Positions 1-14,942 of a DNA stretch of 64,000 nt are shown in pieces. Within the stretch, counting starts at the first letter, position 1. The number at the start of each line of letters is the position of its first letter. The notes beneath the pieces were generated by a model, which was not told the origin of the DNA, searched no databases, and saw nothing but the letters and a program-made list of their open reading frames with translations. The DNA is from Octopus sinensis (Eukaryota), in assembly GCF_006345805.1 (NCBI RefSeq), contig NC_042998.1:188232001-188296000 (forward strand), given 5' to 3'. The translations under genes and the position numbers were made by a program.

Positions 1-395
1 AGTACCACAAATATATCTTACACCACGATATTATAATCATGTGTGAAAATAATAATAGAAAGAAGTGGGGGATTTTGAAAGAAATAAAGAACTACAAAAA
101 AAATGACAAGAAAACGAAGGAAGATTTGAAAGAACATTTAGGAAAAATAGAAAAAAAACGAAAATGTAAGGAATCAGCATAAACAGTTATAATTAAGGAA
201 CTAACGAAGATAACATTTGAGATAAATATATGAAGGTTGAGAGAGTGAGAGTGAAAGAGGTAAAGAGGTAAAGATAGATAAAATATAAAGAATGTGTAAA
301 TGTGCAAAGACAGAAATGCTGAAGAAAAAAGTACGTGAAAGTAGGGGGGAAAAAGGGATTATATGTATATAAGCATATGTGAATGTGTCCGTGTA

Positions 396-651
<256 letters not shown>

Positions 652-774
652 AATATCGATTTGTCCCTCCGCTTTACCTCATGGTGCGATATGAACATTT
701 AACGTGGTACTATAGTCAGTGTTTCGACTGCTATTTCGGCATGTTGGTGTCTTTTAGACACCCTCATTTTTAAT

Positions 775-830
<56 letters not shown>

Positions 831-2003
831 ATATATATATACATATGTACATACCTGTATAAATGTACAAACATGTATATATATATATATATACGTATAT
901 GTATGTATATATGTATCTATATATATATATGTGTGTATGTATATATATATATGTATATATGCATGTATTTGTGTGTACGTATGTTTGTGTTTCAGTGCGT
1001 AGGTGTGTATGTGTGAGTGCGTATGTGTGAGTGTATGTAGGTAAGTGCATGTGTGTGTGCGTGTAAACTATATATGTACCTATATCGATGAGTTTGTTCT
1101 CGTGTATATATGTGTGGTTGGGAGAGAACCAGCGATAGATAGAGAGGAAGTGATCGAGCGCGAGTGAATGAGAGAGTGTTGGAGATAGTAAATGGAGAGC
1201 ACGGTTTTAAATAAAGAAAATAAATAAATTAGACGAATGAGCGAAAAAAATATACTCGTTGGTTTTTAGGAAAAAAATATTTCTTCAGTGCACATTGATC
1301 ACGTGGTGAGGGTATGGCACCGTAACCTGCAGTTCATGCAAAATTCTAAATCGTTAATGCAGTTGTTGTTGCTGCTATTACTGTATTGGTTACTGTTGTA
1401 ATCTTACCGAAACTTAAGTGAGTAAAAGATCCAAACAAACTGCATATTTTACGCTTTATTTTCTGTGCGTACTGTTGTATGTAAACCGATGGCTGTTTGC
1501 TATTCTCTGTTCGTGTGTTTATGTTTGTTATATCCTTACACTTCCAGAAACCTTTTTTCAGGAATAGGAAGTAGAAAGCGTTAGCAAATAACTCAATAAA
1601 CTAAAAGATAGAAAGATTGAGACAGAGTTTGGTGTTTCTTGTTTGTTTTATCATAGTTTACCATTTTGGTAATTTTACCCTTGTCTATTTTCATACATTC
1701 AGTTCCAAATAAAAATGCTTTGGCTTGCTACGAAGAAAGTCTTTGACATTTTCCTAAGATACTTGCCTTCGGCTAAAGAATTGGCGTCGTCTTTGGTTGG
1801 TTTATTGTTTTTGCTAATTGTTAACTGCTATTGGAGTTATTTATATTGTTGCTCTCGTTGCTCCGAGTGTTAATATTGTTGATCCCTCGCCTTTTTTTGT
1901 TTATTATTGTTACTGTACTGTTATTAATATTGCAATTCTTTTCTATATTAAAGAAGTAATGGCGAAGATGGATTCTGATTCTTGTCAAAACATACACACA
2001 TAC

Positions 2004-2056
<53 letters not shown>

Positions 2057-2739
2057 GACACACTCACGCACTCACGCACGCACACACACACGTACATACG
2101 TACGCACACATACACTTACATTCTCTCTCATTCAAACATCCGCAGTTGTGACGTGACTAACGCTATCACAAATTTATTTAAAATTTTGCCCTTTTAAAAT
2201 AAAATAGTCGTGAAAAGGGAAACATTTCCATTACCCTTCAAGTATCTCTAGCACTGATGTATAGCAGATTGATTGGGTTGATACTGTTAACGTTGTGTCT
2301 AGATATTTACAAGCAGTGAGATGAACAGATGTGGAAGAAATTACAGAGAACTTTATTCCTAAGGAAAACTATTAGAAAAAGTTCTTAGTGCGATGTTGAG
2401 ACATTGTGGCATAATCAGTCTGACAAAAAATAAGATATGGGAGAAAGGAAGGAATGAGTTTAGGAAGAGTATATAAATTGAATTTCAGAAGAGCAGGGAT
2501 CCTTGTACTTGCAGTAGAAAACACCTAAAACATCTAGAATAAATATAAAAAAAACTCGATAAGTATGTAGTTGATATATAGTAACTTGTGCAGATTTGTT
2601 CATCAGGTAGTGTGTATTGCATGGTTGTTGCACCGTTCAGACGTACGAGCAACACTACAGGGCTGTGATGTTTCCTTTATGTATGAATGCAAACTGTCAT
2701 ATGCAGTGGCGAATGAATCACTATACTGAAAAATGAAAG

Positions 2740-3110
2740 TGTGTCAACCTCCGTCACGATGAAGCAACTTGACACAAAGTTGCCAAACAAAGGGTGAAGA
2801 TATTTATATTAGACTGGGTTGAAAGCTTTTGTCAGACAGCAATAGCCGTAGAAAAATATCCTTGAAACAAAGGAAGAAAAGTTTACAACAGAAGTCATTC
2901 AGTGACTGAGTTGCTGCCAGTACTGTTTGACCAGGCCTATATTGGTGGCATTCCCAATCAGATATGGCTCTTCTATCTCTATCCAAACAATGTAGCTCTC
3001 ATTCTTTGTCATCCATCTTTCTTGAGAGACAATGGAGTTTTGTACCATGTAAGTCAGGATTTGAGCTGAATCCCAATATGAGAGATGCAACTCCATCCCG
3101 TGTTGTTGCT
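2740..3110 (+). mobile_element. Highly decayed CR1/L2-like LINE reverse transcriptase remnant
   Basis: Frameshifted motifs in the correct order: 'LDWVESF(L)SD' (cf. L.WI.SFL.DR), 'IGGIPNQ..LFYLYPNN..L..PSFLRDN' (cf. SGVPQG..LFL.YIND...LFADD), then 'QDLS*IPI*EMQLHP' (cf. QDL..L..W...W.L.LNP). Confidence 0.45.
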
Positions 3111-4326
3111 GGTACCTTCTACAGTTGCAGTGAAGCGACGAATTTTGAGTTCAAATCTCGATTGACTGTTGCCCAGAATCGAGAATCTCCATATCTATCT
3201 TGTTGTTTGGCACCAGTTTTACTGCTGGGGTTGCCGGAAGACTATCACGTCAAACACGAGAACTCCATAGGGGTTTTAGACCAAAGTTATTAAAAAGTTT
3301 AGTCACTAGCCTTTGTTCAATAAAACAGTAATTCTATTTATCCACAACTACTGATCTGTAACCCTGGAAATTGGCCTATATCATATACTGTCGGCCGGGG
3401 CAAGCTGATCGCAGGACTCATATCAGGTAGAATAGTCACACCTTGAAGTAGTGATTAAAATCACTACAAATTCCCAAAACAATGTATCTAGGACTATATT
3501 ATCTAGTATTGTCCTAAATATATAATACTTTTCTCTTATTTTAAGACGATGGGTTGTGATTTTATAGATAGATAGCAGCTATTTCTAGTAAGACAATCTA
3601 TCATGTCGTCTTAAGTAGCTCAGTGAAAACTAAACTGGTTGTTAATAATATTATAGCTGATCGAGCAGACATGTGATTAAAGGTATTGAAAGATTTTCTT
3701 CCTTGGATATCAATATATTTAGAGCCTTGATATTGTGGTAAATCCTCGATCAGCGGTTCTTATCTTGTGTGCTAGCTACCTTTGGAGATAGAAAGTGGGA
3801 AAAGGGCGCTATGAGGTCGCTGGATGTTTAGCAAGTCGTAACTTTTCATAAAAATATAAAAAAATATATAAGCAATTGCATGAAAAGAAAGCCATTATAG
3901 GCATTTTATATCACGTAAGATCATTAAATTTTTCGTGGCCGTCTCGATATTTTTATGTGTTATCATATAGCTTTTACTGGGAATATCAATGTAATATTTT
4001 TTATTTGTATCGAGAAATCGATTGCGATTACTTTCTCCGTTTGAATCGCACCTTTTAACAGTCCAAGTGCGATAAAATGTTACCTATTAAGTACTGGTAT
4101 TAACATAATTAACTACTCTCTCTCCCTTTCTCTCTCCCTCTCCCCCTCTCTTTCTCTTTTTTTCTCCAAGTTTGTATCTGTATGCATAAGTTAGAAATTG
4201 ATATTATGGTCTTATAATATTTCATTGGTTGATAACAGAAAGATGATGTTTTGAAGGTGACTATAAATGATGGCAATCTCTCATAGTCCGAGAAAGGCGG
4301 CTCTGTAATTTCTTGCTGAACAACCC

Positions 4327-4564
4327 GCACAAATGATTTGTTTATAGTGATCAAATGTTTGTGCTATACATTAGCTCACTACCTCCATCAAATCGACATT
4401 ACCTGAATAGGTGCGCAGTGTACTACACCGTGTACCAGGTGTAGAAGTGACCACAGAACGACTTGAGATGAAATGTTTTGCTCAAGAGCACAACACAATA
4501 CACGGTCCAGGAATTGAAACCTCGATCTCGCGAGGAAACACAACCATTAGGCCATGCGCCTTCA
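4327..4564 (-). mobile_element. tRNA-derived SINE (family with 'tttgctcaagagcacaac' body)
   Basis: Reverse complement begins gaaggcgcatggcctaatggtt (A-box-like) with a gtttcaattcc B-box-like motif; homologous to 9200-9425 and 59085-59278. Confidence 0.8.
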
Positions 4565-6129
4565 TAAATATAGATACTCAATTGTAATAAACATTTTATA
4601 CATATTATCTACGGAAATGGCGTATGGATGCAAGAATTGATCATCTACTTAATATTTCCGTTTAGGTCTCTAAAACTTAAATTATTGAAATTATTGCCAG
4701 GGAAGAATTTCTCTTTGTTTGACCCAGTTTAGTAGTTAAAAAACCTATTGAATATCAGTATTTAGTTCGAATATATTCGCTTTCCTTTCAGGAAAGCCTT
4801 TACAGGTGAGGAGATATTCGAACTGCTAGAAATAGCAGCCATATTTTTCTCAAATTTCTTCACCTCTTAAATAAGCATTGTACTCTCTATTATATGAAAC
4901 AGCAGGGCTAGTCACATTTGGAATAACAGAGTTGACTTGGGTGCAAAAATCACGTATCGTACTCTCTTCAAACAATTCACAAAGTGTCCATATATTTGCT
5001 CAGATAATTTTTTCTAAACAGTAGATCTTAATTCTTATCCTAATCTTTCACTTCACATGTTTTTCGTTTCCAATATTAAAATCTATTGTTTTAAAACTTG
5101 GTTCTTCATATTCCTTTATGGAAGATTACTGTATCTTTGGAACATTTCTCTTTCTTTAGAATATCATTCTCAATATTTGTAACCTTCACATACTCTAATT
5201 AGCTTATCTGTTGTTCTTTTTTCATGATATTGTATATTTAGCATTTAATATCAATAGTAATAATAAAAGAAAGAAAACAAATTCCTTTGAAGTGTTTATG
5301 TGAATGTGTGAGCGCGTACACACACAATACGTACACAACACACACATAACGTTTATGATATTATTAACAGCTGCTATATTATCAACAAAGACATCATCAC
5401 GGTGACGTAAACAACGAGAAAAAAGAACGTCGATATATAGAATCCTATTTATGATGGCGATGATGGCTATAAAAAAAAACGGCAGCAGAGATAGTGGATA
5501 CGAGAATGACAATACAAACGACAATGAAGATGGTTATGATGAAGAGAAAAAGAAGGAAGTCTATGAGGTTGATGACAATGATGACAACTGCAACAAAGAC
5601 AATCGTGACTGAAAGGCTTTTCACAAAGGAACCATTGTGCCAGTTGAGGAAGACATATGTAATTTTCTCTTGGTAGTCTCCAGTAAAGAATTTAAGCAAT
5701 GACAGATGTGAATGCAAATTAATTCAGAATTCCAGGTATATCTTCTTCAACTACTGTATTGTTCAAACATGCACATCTACTTGGACACCGGTAGGTGGTG
5801 ATAATGAAGATAATGGATTGGTACAAGAGAAGATAAAAATTAAAACAAATCATTTAGTTGGTTCACTATTCCATCGTGATTAGATAAGGTTTTGGAATAA
5901 AATCAACGGAGATGAGGTAGAAGAAGAGTTATAGAACGATATCGATCCATTTGTATCCTATAGAGAGTGATGATCTAGTAGTTTGCCAAGCTATAAACAT
6001 GGAAAAAGCAACAAAGATAAAACACAAAAAAACCCAGTTTCTTCCAGATTTATTTGGTAAAAAGAAATATAATACCATAATAGACTTTCTCATCCAGAAC
6101 AACGAATGAGCGCCCAGTTGGTCGGTCAA

Positions 6130-6425
6130 CTGAAATATATACTAAATTAGCGTGTAAGTGGCTAAATGTTTCACTGACACGTTCTCTCTTGACGTAATTT
6201 TCAACTAGAATTGGCGTGGTATAGTGTGAAAAATTGGAGTTTTCAATTATATGGTGCTGTCCATCCATTGGGCTTCCATGCAGTTTCTGTTTCCTTAGTT
6301 TCACTCATAGGAATGGGTCGAATCGAAGATATGATAAAGAAAATAAAGAAAAAAAAAACCTTGCCAATATGCTACGCAGTAGAATCGAACCTGAAACTTC
6401 ATGTTTGCGAAGCAAATTCCTAAAT
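6130..6425 (-). mobile_element. Old, diverged tRNA-SINE copy
   Basis: aaattagcgtgtaagtggctaaatgtttcactgacacgt resembles the 3' module of the 30101/44972 SINEs; agaatcgaacctg is a reversed B-box. Confidence 0.5.
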
Positions 6426-7516
6426 AGTCCAATAATAATACACTCGGTTCGCTCTTCTTTTCAACTAACATTAAAGCTGTGCTTCGACAGAAATGATTAT
6501 TTAGAAGGAGGATACAATAGAACATGATCCTTGGGGGGAGAAATTCAGGCGGCGTTTAGCGAGAAGTGAACGGTTTAGAATATCACAAGAAAATGGCAAA
6601 AAGGCAACGAAAATTTCTTAGTTAAGTTAATCATCATTAAATAGTAATATCAAGAATATTCGAAGAAATTAAGTAAGATATCTTGATAAATCCATTCCAT
6701 GCAGTTTCTTATATGTACATATATACTCCATATAGGAGCCCGGTAGAAAAAGAACATTACATCTACGACCATAATTTAGGTTTAATACTCCTAATTTCCT
6801 CTACCTAATTTTATTAGAAGACGATACACATAGTAAATATAAACGTCGGTTAAATGTGAAAGCGTCACTGCTTAGCAAGCTAGAAGGCATGAGTTCAATT
6901 CTTGGGTTGTACTCACTGGCCAGCGCGTAATAACCTAGCGGCATTGCAAGTTGTTGATTAACTGGGAAGGAGATTATCCGAGGACAACGGAATAAGAACA
7001 ATTTCCCCTCGTGGATTTAATGAATTATACAACTCTGATATCATTACCGAATTCGACTGGCACCAGAAGAAGACCAAAATGTCTCACAGCTGAAACATTG
7101 AGTACAATAATCAAGATGAGGGCACAAGAACGAATATACTAGTGAGTTGTAATTGTTTAAATGTTTTACGCTGCAACTGTTTTATTACAAATGTTTATCT
7201 ATATTCTCGAAATTTAAGCATGGGTGGTATTGATTAATTCAGGATAGGCAGGGATAGGCGACTAACCACAAGCATTTTACAAAACATATCATTCTTATTT
7301 CCCTCGATTCTCTTTTTATCACTGACACACTTTTCACATTGATCTTCTTCCACTGCTTCTGAGATATCACAGAAATGCACGAATCCAATAGAACTTATGG
7401 TATCAGTAAAACGGCAAAAACTAGTGAGTTTATTTGTTTAAGTATGAGTACGATCATTTATATTTATGTAAGGATGTAAAAAAAAAATATATATGCGTAT
7501 GTAAGCATGTAAATAT

Positions 7517-7550
<34 letters not shown>

Positions 7551-7670
7551 GCCGAAAGTTTTCCATTAAGATTTGTGATTAAATTAGCGTGTAAGGTTAA
7601 TATTTATGATGAATTTGCCATTTCGATGGGTGTTCAGAGAACACCTAGCACACCCGGGACATACGCCCCT

Positions 7671-7697
7671 GATCTATCTACCTACCTACCTACCTAC

Positions 7698-7761
<64 letters not shown>

Positions 7762-7871
7762 GTGTGTGCGTGCGTGTATGTATGTGTGTGTGTGTATTGT
7801 TCAAATACATGCCACTAGTCACTTTGGGTTATTTATCGCAGTTCATTTTTGCTTATATAAGTATATGTATT

Positions 7872-7890
<19 letters not shown>
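7671..7890. repeat. (TACC)n/(TATC)n/(GT)n microsatellite cluster
   Basis: Directly visible. Confidence 0.95.
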
Positions 7891-7906
<16 letters not shown>

Positions 7907-8094
7907 TGGAGTTTTGGCGTGTGTATACAACATGCATTTATGGGGAGGCAATATTAATAGTATTGTCAAGTTTATTACGAAATTATGAAATCAGCTGAAA
8001 TCTTATCCAACCAGTTTAGCGAAATCCAAGAGGCGCTACTTTAAACCCCCTTCAAATATAATATTATAATACACTCACACGTACACACACATAC

Positions 8095-8221
8095 TTGCGC
8101 AGTTATTTTGGCGTGGTTAAAAAGCTCGCTTCGAAATCGCATGGTTTCGGGTTCAGTTTTAGGGTGCGGCATATTGGGTGTATTTTACTTGGGGCAATCA
8201 ATGCCTTCGAATCTGGTAGAC

Positions 8222-8277
<56 letters not shown>

Positions 8278-8530
8278 GTCAATATATCTATCTATCTATA
8301 TTTATATGCAGTAAAGAAATATATATTTATATGTGAGTGTATCTGTGTGTTTGTGTTTGTCATTGTATCCGGTGTTGGGTAGTTTGCATCCCCGTAAATT
8401 ACTGGTTCGACAAAGAGGCTGATAGAATAAGGAACAGACTGAAAAAGTAAGTGCCGGTGTTGATTTGTTTGACTAAACGCTTAAAGATGGTATCTTAACA
8501 TAGCCGCAGTACAATGACTTGAAGAAGGGA
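8095..8530 (+). mobile_element. Diverged tRNA-SINE with internal (TA)n (same family as 53029-53420)
   Basis: tRNA-like head (ggcgtggttaaaaagctcgctt...ggtttcgggttcag) and 3' part gatagaataag...gccgcagtacaatgact matching the 53-kb copy. Confidence 0.6.
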
Positions 8531-8589
8531 AAGATAAACGATAACTCTTATGTATATATTCACACATATATATGTCAGTTTGTGTGTAC

Positions 8590-8915
8590 TCTATGGTTAA
8601 ATAGTTGAAACGTTTGCTTCACAAGTCCGAGGCCCAGCTTTCTCATTGTGTCGTATTGTGGGCAAATGTCATTTGTATAACTTTGAGAGTGAAACAGTAG
8701 ACAACTTGTGGGATGGTTGTACATGTAATTCAAAACTTTGTCACACACTGTTATACAGATTCTGCCTGAGAATTGCGTTTTGTGTGTACACGTGTCTTTG
8801 GGAGACTCACGTGTAATGTTCAGCAGCCAGCTATTCCTTGACTCTAGGTCAGGAAATACAGTTGATCGATCAACAGAATCCACACTACCGACTGATGGAG
8901 ACCCATCACCGTCAA
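8590..8915 (+). mobile_element. Old diverged SINE carrying the 'gtacacgtgtctgtgg' 3' module
   Basis: gtacacgtgtctttgggagactcac...gttgatcgatcaac resembles the tail of the 36343/52172 SINEs. Confidence 0.45.
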
Positions 8916-8996
8916 CATATATACATACAGATATGTATGTGCGTGCGTATTAGAATATATATGCATATATATATATGTGTGTGTGTGTGCATGTGG

Positions 8997-9033
<37 letters not shown>

Positions 9034-9093
9034 TACCTGTTATTGCGTATTTGTCTCTGTGTGCGTTGCGCGAATGTTATCATATATATACAC

Positions 9094-9140
<47 letters not shown>

Positions 9141-9199
9141 CACACATACATACAAACACGCAGACACACACAGAGTCACGCGCGCACACATATTTATAT

Positions 9200-9424
9200 A
9201 TCGTAGTTTCGATTCAGGGTCCGAGTGATCAGATGTGTTCTTGAGCAAAAATCTTCATTTCACGGTGCTCTGACTTGTGGCACACCGTGCACCTGTACAG
9301 GTAATATCAATGTACGGAGTGAATAAAAGAATTTAAAGCACAAACATTTGGTTATTACAAACACATCACCTGCGCAGGTTGTTGACCAAGAAATTGTGGG
9401 ACTCTTATCTGTTGTCCACAATCC

Positions 9425-9425
<1 letters not shown>
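9200..9425 (+). mobile_element. 5'-truncated tRNA-SINE
   Basis: B-box gtttcgattc followed by ttcttgagcaaaaatcttcatttcac, the reverse complement of the body of the 4327 copy. Confidence 0.6.
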
Positions 9426-9500
<75 letters not shown>

Positions 9501-10141
9501 GTTTGTGTGTGTGTGTGTAGAAGGTAGAAAAGTAGCACATGAGTTGATATGTATAAGGAAAATAAGACAAGGTAGAAAATGGTAAAATAATTTTATATTA
9601 AAGTATATTTTAGTACCTGTTTCCAAAATTAAGTGAAATGTTTTGTAGATATTTTCCTAGTCTTTGAATAGGTAAATATTTCCATGGTTTTCAGAGAGTC
9701 AATCTCTCCCTCTCTATTCCTTTGGTAGGTAGGTAGGTAGGTAGGAAGCTAGTAGCAAATTTGAAGGAGTATTTATCTATTCAAAGATGTGTGTGCATAT
9801 GTATGCACATACATACATATGCACACATATGTATGCACATACATGTATACATACACATACATACATGCATACATACATACATACATACATACATACATAC
9901 ATACATACATACATACATACATACATGTGTGTATATATATTTGAAAGTCTATGAGGATTACTTAATGCAGTTGATTTTTTTAAAGTTGATCTTTTTCTTT
10001 AAAAATATTTTTAAAAAAATGTTATGAAATTTTTCAGGATGTTACTAACCATTTTTGAGAGGAAGTTTTTTTTCTAGTGTGTGAGTGCTTTCAATAAACC
10101 TTTTCAAACACACGTGCTCTTAAAGAGGAAGCTGTTATTTT

Positions 10142-10325
10142 TGTGGTAGTGGTAGTATTATTTCCGGTTCAATAAATACAAACTCTCAACGATCTCAACA
10201 ACTTCCTATGACTTCCACGAATTCTCAACGACTCTCTCATCTTAACCAATTCGTTACTCTTTACAAGAGTTCGGCTGGTCCATTCTTCCAATCCCAGAGG
10301 GGTGTCAATGACTCTTGCCACTACG
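10142..10325 (-). mobile_element. Candidate 3' LTR of the Gypsy remnant
   Basis: On the minus strand the pol end is followed by a purine run aaagggg (polypurine-tract-like, 10330-10336), then cgtagtggc...ccactaccaca, resembling a TG(TAGTGG)...(CCACTA)CA LTR. No partner LTR is visible to confirm. Confidence 0.3.
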
Positions 10326-10329
10326 TATG

Positions 10330-12415
10330 CCCCTTTGAGATTTACATCCTAGGGAAGTTTAGTATTTCTTCCGTTTAGGCAATACTTCTAACCATTCTGT
10401 TTGTTTCCTCATGTGCTACTACGCCTAGGTTCACCTTCTTGTGGCGCTGGAACATCAAAGGTATCGTGGAGCACTTCTATGGGTATCTTTTTTCTTTTTT
10501 CAATATATTTATTTTTTAGCTGGTTTAAACGTCTTTTGTGTTCCCAATTTTCGCCTCTTATATACGTCATTTTATTACTGTTCCGTCTCCCCAACCTTCT
10601 CTTCCATTTTCTATATTTTGAAAAACACCTTGTCACTGATATTAAAATACTTTGTTGTATCTTTAGTGTCTTCCCTGTTTGTTTTTCGCACTGGTGATAG
10701 CTTGTCAAAAATTGACTTTATTTTTCGAGCAAACATTAGTTCCGCAAGCGACTTACCTGAACAAGTGTTTGGGTTTGGTGTTGTCCTCTAAACACTCAAG
10801 AATTGTGTCAATGCTGCGCCATCGTCCAGCTCGTTTCTTGATTTCTTTAATGCTCTTTTAAATGTATCCAGGAACTGTTCTGTTCGCCCGTTTGATCTAG
10901 GGTGATATGGTGGAGTAGAGATGCATTTAATTGCTTACATTTTGCAAAAAGTTTAAACTCATACTCCGTAAACTGCATATCTTGCAAAGAGTTCATGAAG
11001 AAATTCTATTGTTACAGTAGAGGTTGATCTTCTACATATTTCTGGCCACTTAGTATAACTATTTACTACAATCAGGTAATACGCGCCATTTACTGGTCAT
11101 GTACTGTCGGTTTTAGGCCACGGTTGGAATTTTACAGGCACAACCTCTGCAAGATTTCACCGACTCTTCAATGTCACAGTCCGTTGTAGGCCAATATACA
11201 TAACTTCTGATTAGTGATTTCATTCTTAAAATCACTAGGTGACCAATATAAAATTCCTTTAATAAACACTTTTGTAGTGCGGCAGGAACTACGACTCTTT
11301 GTGCATACATCAACATATTGTCACACAACGAGAAATGGTTCGCATTTGTGTTGCGCATATTTTAATTTTCGTTAACCTTCAGTATTTAAAATTTTTTATC
11401 ATGAATTTATCGTTTGCCGATTTTAATTATGTCTTGTAAAGTAACTGGCTGTTCACGAATGACGTCACACGAAACATTTTAAATTTAATTTTCCGCTCGC
11501 TAAGCAGAAACCACAGTATCTTCAAATGATTCCGCGTTTTTTGAAATCAGTCTTGATAGACAATCTGTATGGTCTAATTTCTTGGATGCTATATACTCCA
11601 TTTGGAAATCGTAGTTTAGTAATATCATAGCCCAGGTTGTAACCTATTAGCACTATAGGTAGGAATTCCTCTTTTGGACCCAAATATCGATAATAACGGT
11701 CGGTGATTTGTCTGTGGCCGAAAACTTCTATCGTGCAAAAATCCGTTAAATTCTTTTCACGGCAAAAATGATCGCTAGAGCTTCTTTTTCGATTTCACCA
11801 TAATTTTTCTCTGCTGACATCAGAGAACGTGATGTATGAACCATCATCTTCATGTTACAAACTTTATATCTATGTAGCCTTACTGCTCCTATACCGTAGT
11901 CAGAAGCGTCTGAAGCTACAACAATTTCCATTGCAGGATCGAAGTGAGCTGACGACAAATCAGATATTAATATTTTTTTAATTTCGTCAAATGACTTTTG
12001 GCAGTTTTCTGACCAGTTCCCTTTCATATCTTTTTTCAACAAATTATTCAGTGGAGCCTAACCTTATGCATATTTGGGATATAATATTGTTAATAATTTG
12101 TCAGTCTTAAAAATGCTTGTAATGTTGCTATATTAGTCGGAGAAGGCATATTTTTAATTGTATCTGCCTTCGACTGGTCAGGTTGCCGTCCATTTCTGTT
12201 AATGATTTGCCCTAAATATCTTATTTCCGGTAAGAAAAACTCACACTTTTCTTCACTGAAGGTAAAGCTCTAATCCTTAACTCTAATACATATTTTACGC
12301 GCTCGATGTGTTGATTCCTAGATTCGTTTTTAATGAGTATATCATTGAAATATAGAATTGAGAATTCCCAGTCCACTAACATTGCATCCATAATCTGAAA
12401 AAATCAAGTTGTCCT
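10330..12415 (-). mobile_element. Decayed Ty3/Gypsy (K02A2.6/Mag-like) pol: RT - RNase H - integrase, 5'-truncated
   Basis: RT: 'FQIMDAML....ILYFNDILIK' and 'KCEFFLPEIRYLGQII'. RNase H: 'IVVASDASDYGIGAV...NYGEIEKEALAIIFAVK'. Integrase Zn finger: 'RVVVP...RMKSLIRSYVYWP..D.DIE..VKSC..C'. Integrase core: 'TPPYHPRSNGRTE.F..TF'. Many stops and frameshifts. Confidence 0.92.
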
Positions 12416-12732
12416 CATAAAATTAGACGTGTGTACAGTTCTACCGATTACATTGGGGTTATTTTCAAATGTCTCAGCTCTGGCGCGCTAAATCCCGGAA
12501 ACAGCTCTGCAGAAAATAATTCACTGCAGTTAATGTTGCCGGTAAGAGAACATAATTATTTAAAATTTAGATAATGAGGGTGATAAATTGAATATTAATT
12601 TAATTAACATCAATTTAAAACCAGTAGCCTAGCATATAGAAAAATCTAAAAATTCAGAAAAATTGTATTACATGCGTGTAAGAAGGGATAACTCTTCTAA
12701 ACAAGTACCACTAAGAAACTATAAATATCATG

Positions 12733-12996
12733 TAAGGGGGTAAAGACCCCCTTCGGTCATGAATGACCATGGGATTGCACCTAGAAAGTTACCCTCCTAG
12801 ACACAAGTCCGGGCAAGGTTGTTTATGGAAGGCCAGCAGTCGCCCATGCATACCAGCCTCCCCTCTCCACGCCACCAGTGTTAACCAAGGGAAAGACAAA
12901 GGTCGATACAGCTTGGCACCTGTGACGTCGCAACTCATTTCTACAGCTGAGTGAACTGGAGCAACGTGAAATAAAGTGCCTTGCTCGGGAGTAACA
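12733..12996 (-). mobile_element. 5'-truncated SINE with CORE-like middle domain and a distinct 3' tail
   Basis: cgcaactcatttctacagctgagtgaactggagcaacgtgaaataaagtgccttgctc is the reverse complement of the middle domain of the 51276 SINE. Confidence 0.7.
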
Positions 12997-14893
12997 ATAC
13001 TAACTTCTTAAACTATAAGCTAACCCTTAGTTGTTTTTTTTAAAGATTAGTGTAAAATATGATTGTTCCATAACTTAAATATTCATTTAGTTGATACTGG
13101 ACATCAGTCTTTTATTGATATTAGCTAAATAAGTAAATATATAATTTTTAGTCTAATATATTTTGAATTATTATACTTTTTCTATAAATCTTCTCTACTG
13201 GTGCTAATAAGCTACATATACTTTACCATGGTATTAGTAATTAAGCTATTTACTTCATTTTCTATGTTGTTCTGTCCTACTTGATTATTTTAATTTTATT
13301 TCTTTATTATTTCAAAATTAGCCTCTATTTATTTATAAAATTAATCTAATTTTTGTATCTCTATAAAATCATACTTAGCTTATATAAAATTACAGTGGTA
13401 TATTCACTACTTATAAAAAAACTGCTTAGATTATAATTTTATTAATATATAATTAGCATGTTCCTTTACCACAACACTTCTTTATTAATACCAGTATATA
13501 CCAATTAATCAACATTCACAGATACCATCTGATGAGCTAGTATTTAAGTGTACAATATGTATAAATATTAAACTATTTCTGGATAATTTCTTTTCTTCCT
13601 TCTATTGTGGTAAAAGTTTGGTATATGCTCAAAAGCATTCATAAATTTCTATCCTTTCATTATAATATTCTTCTTAATAATCCTCTGAATAACTCTAAAC
13701 CTTAACTGTATACAATATAGCAACATTGTTTAAAATATTTAACTGTATAACATGATATAGTAAAATATTATGAATGGTCTGCTAGTGGAAGACCCCTTTA
13801 ATTGTGTACTAACATCTTGTTTCAAGTTTTCCTTTACCAAACCTCATGATATTGCTTCTAATAAATCTTGATTTTTATGACTATACCCACTATGATATCT
13901 GTCTGTTCTCTCAGCCTTAGATATATAGGGGTTTTGATAAACTAGTCTATAAATTAAAACTGACCCCATAAAAGCAAAAAAATCAGTGACAGGCAGAGTC
14001 TGTAACAATGTATATCTTGTTGAAAAGATTAGTAACTTCTGTGCTGGAGTAAGAACAGCAGGCTCTTTGTCTATCTACTTAACTTCTTGGAGATTTTAGG
14101 TATAATTATACTAATGTGTCCATCTGTTCTAATTTAATTACATTCTATGTCTAGGTGCAGCTGAAGATTGCTCTGCATTTTAAATTGATGTAATGATTGC
14201 ATTGTTCAATTAAATGGAGTTGCATGAAACGATCGTACTGCATTACCTCTGGATATCCTTGTTGCTTTTATATATATATATATATATATGGACTGGCACA
14301 TAGACACAAACATTTATAGGCACACACACACGTTCACGAACACATAGGCACACACATACGTAATTCTTTGAGCTATTTGTGTTTGAATGAGTATTCACTT
14401 GTCTCGTTTTGAATGGAGAAAATGCATTTTACTAACTAATTCTTCTTGAAAACGTACATAATTGATGATCAAGATGTTTTCGCAGAGATAATGTTGTCCA
14501 GAAAATAGTGATTTCATTTTCTTTTGCCTTAAATGGTCTTACTCCTGACACTCTACAGACTAAACTTAATTGCAGTCACAACTGTTTATTATTGTTTATG
14601 AATTTTAGCAGTAGAATTCCTTTGAATCATAAGCACAGATATTACAACAGTGGAAGGTAACCAGGTCAAACCCTTCACTACCAACAACAACAACAATAAC
14701 TATAACTACAGAAAAATAGCAACAATAATAGTAAATTAATTAGGTCTGTGTTAGCATATCGCATGTCTTGCGACAAGGTTTCATAACAAAAATTGCTCAG
14801 AATCTTTTATCGAACATGTTCAGAATAAATTATTTCTTGTGATAGACAAAACAAACCCGCTTACACACACACACACACACCACACACACACAC

Positions 14894-14942
<49 letters not shown>

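Noticed and set aside
1300-1990. Possible 5' exon or promoter (CACGTG, AA|GTGAGT donor at ~1417, ATGGCGAAGATGGATTCT at ~1959)
   Set aside because: No open frame linking to a splice donor and no recognisable protein; the signals are individually common.
5480-5610. Acidic ORF-like stretch 'DSGYENDNTNDNEDGYDEEKKKE...'
   Set aside because: A degenerate GAT/GAC/AAT trinucleotide repeat with no splice context.
13300-14050. Possible very old Penelope-type RT on the minus strand (hints of 'SNIMRFG', 'GLPLA', 'FMNAFEH', 'WY..VD.L')
   Set aside because: Motifs are too degenerate and need several frameshifts; cannot be supported without a profile search.
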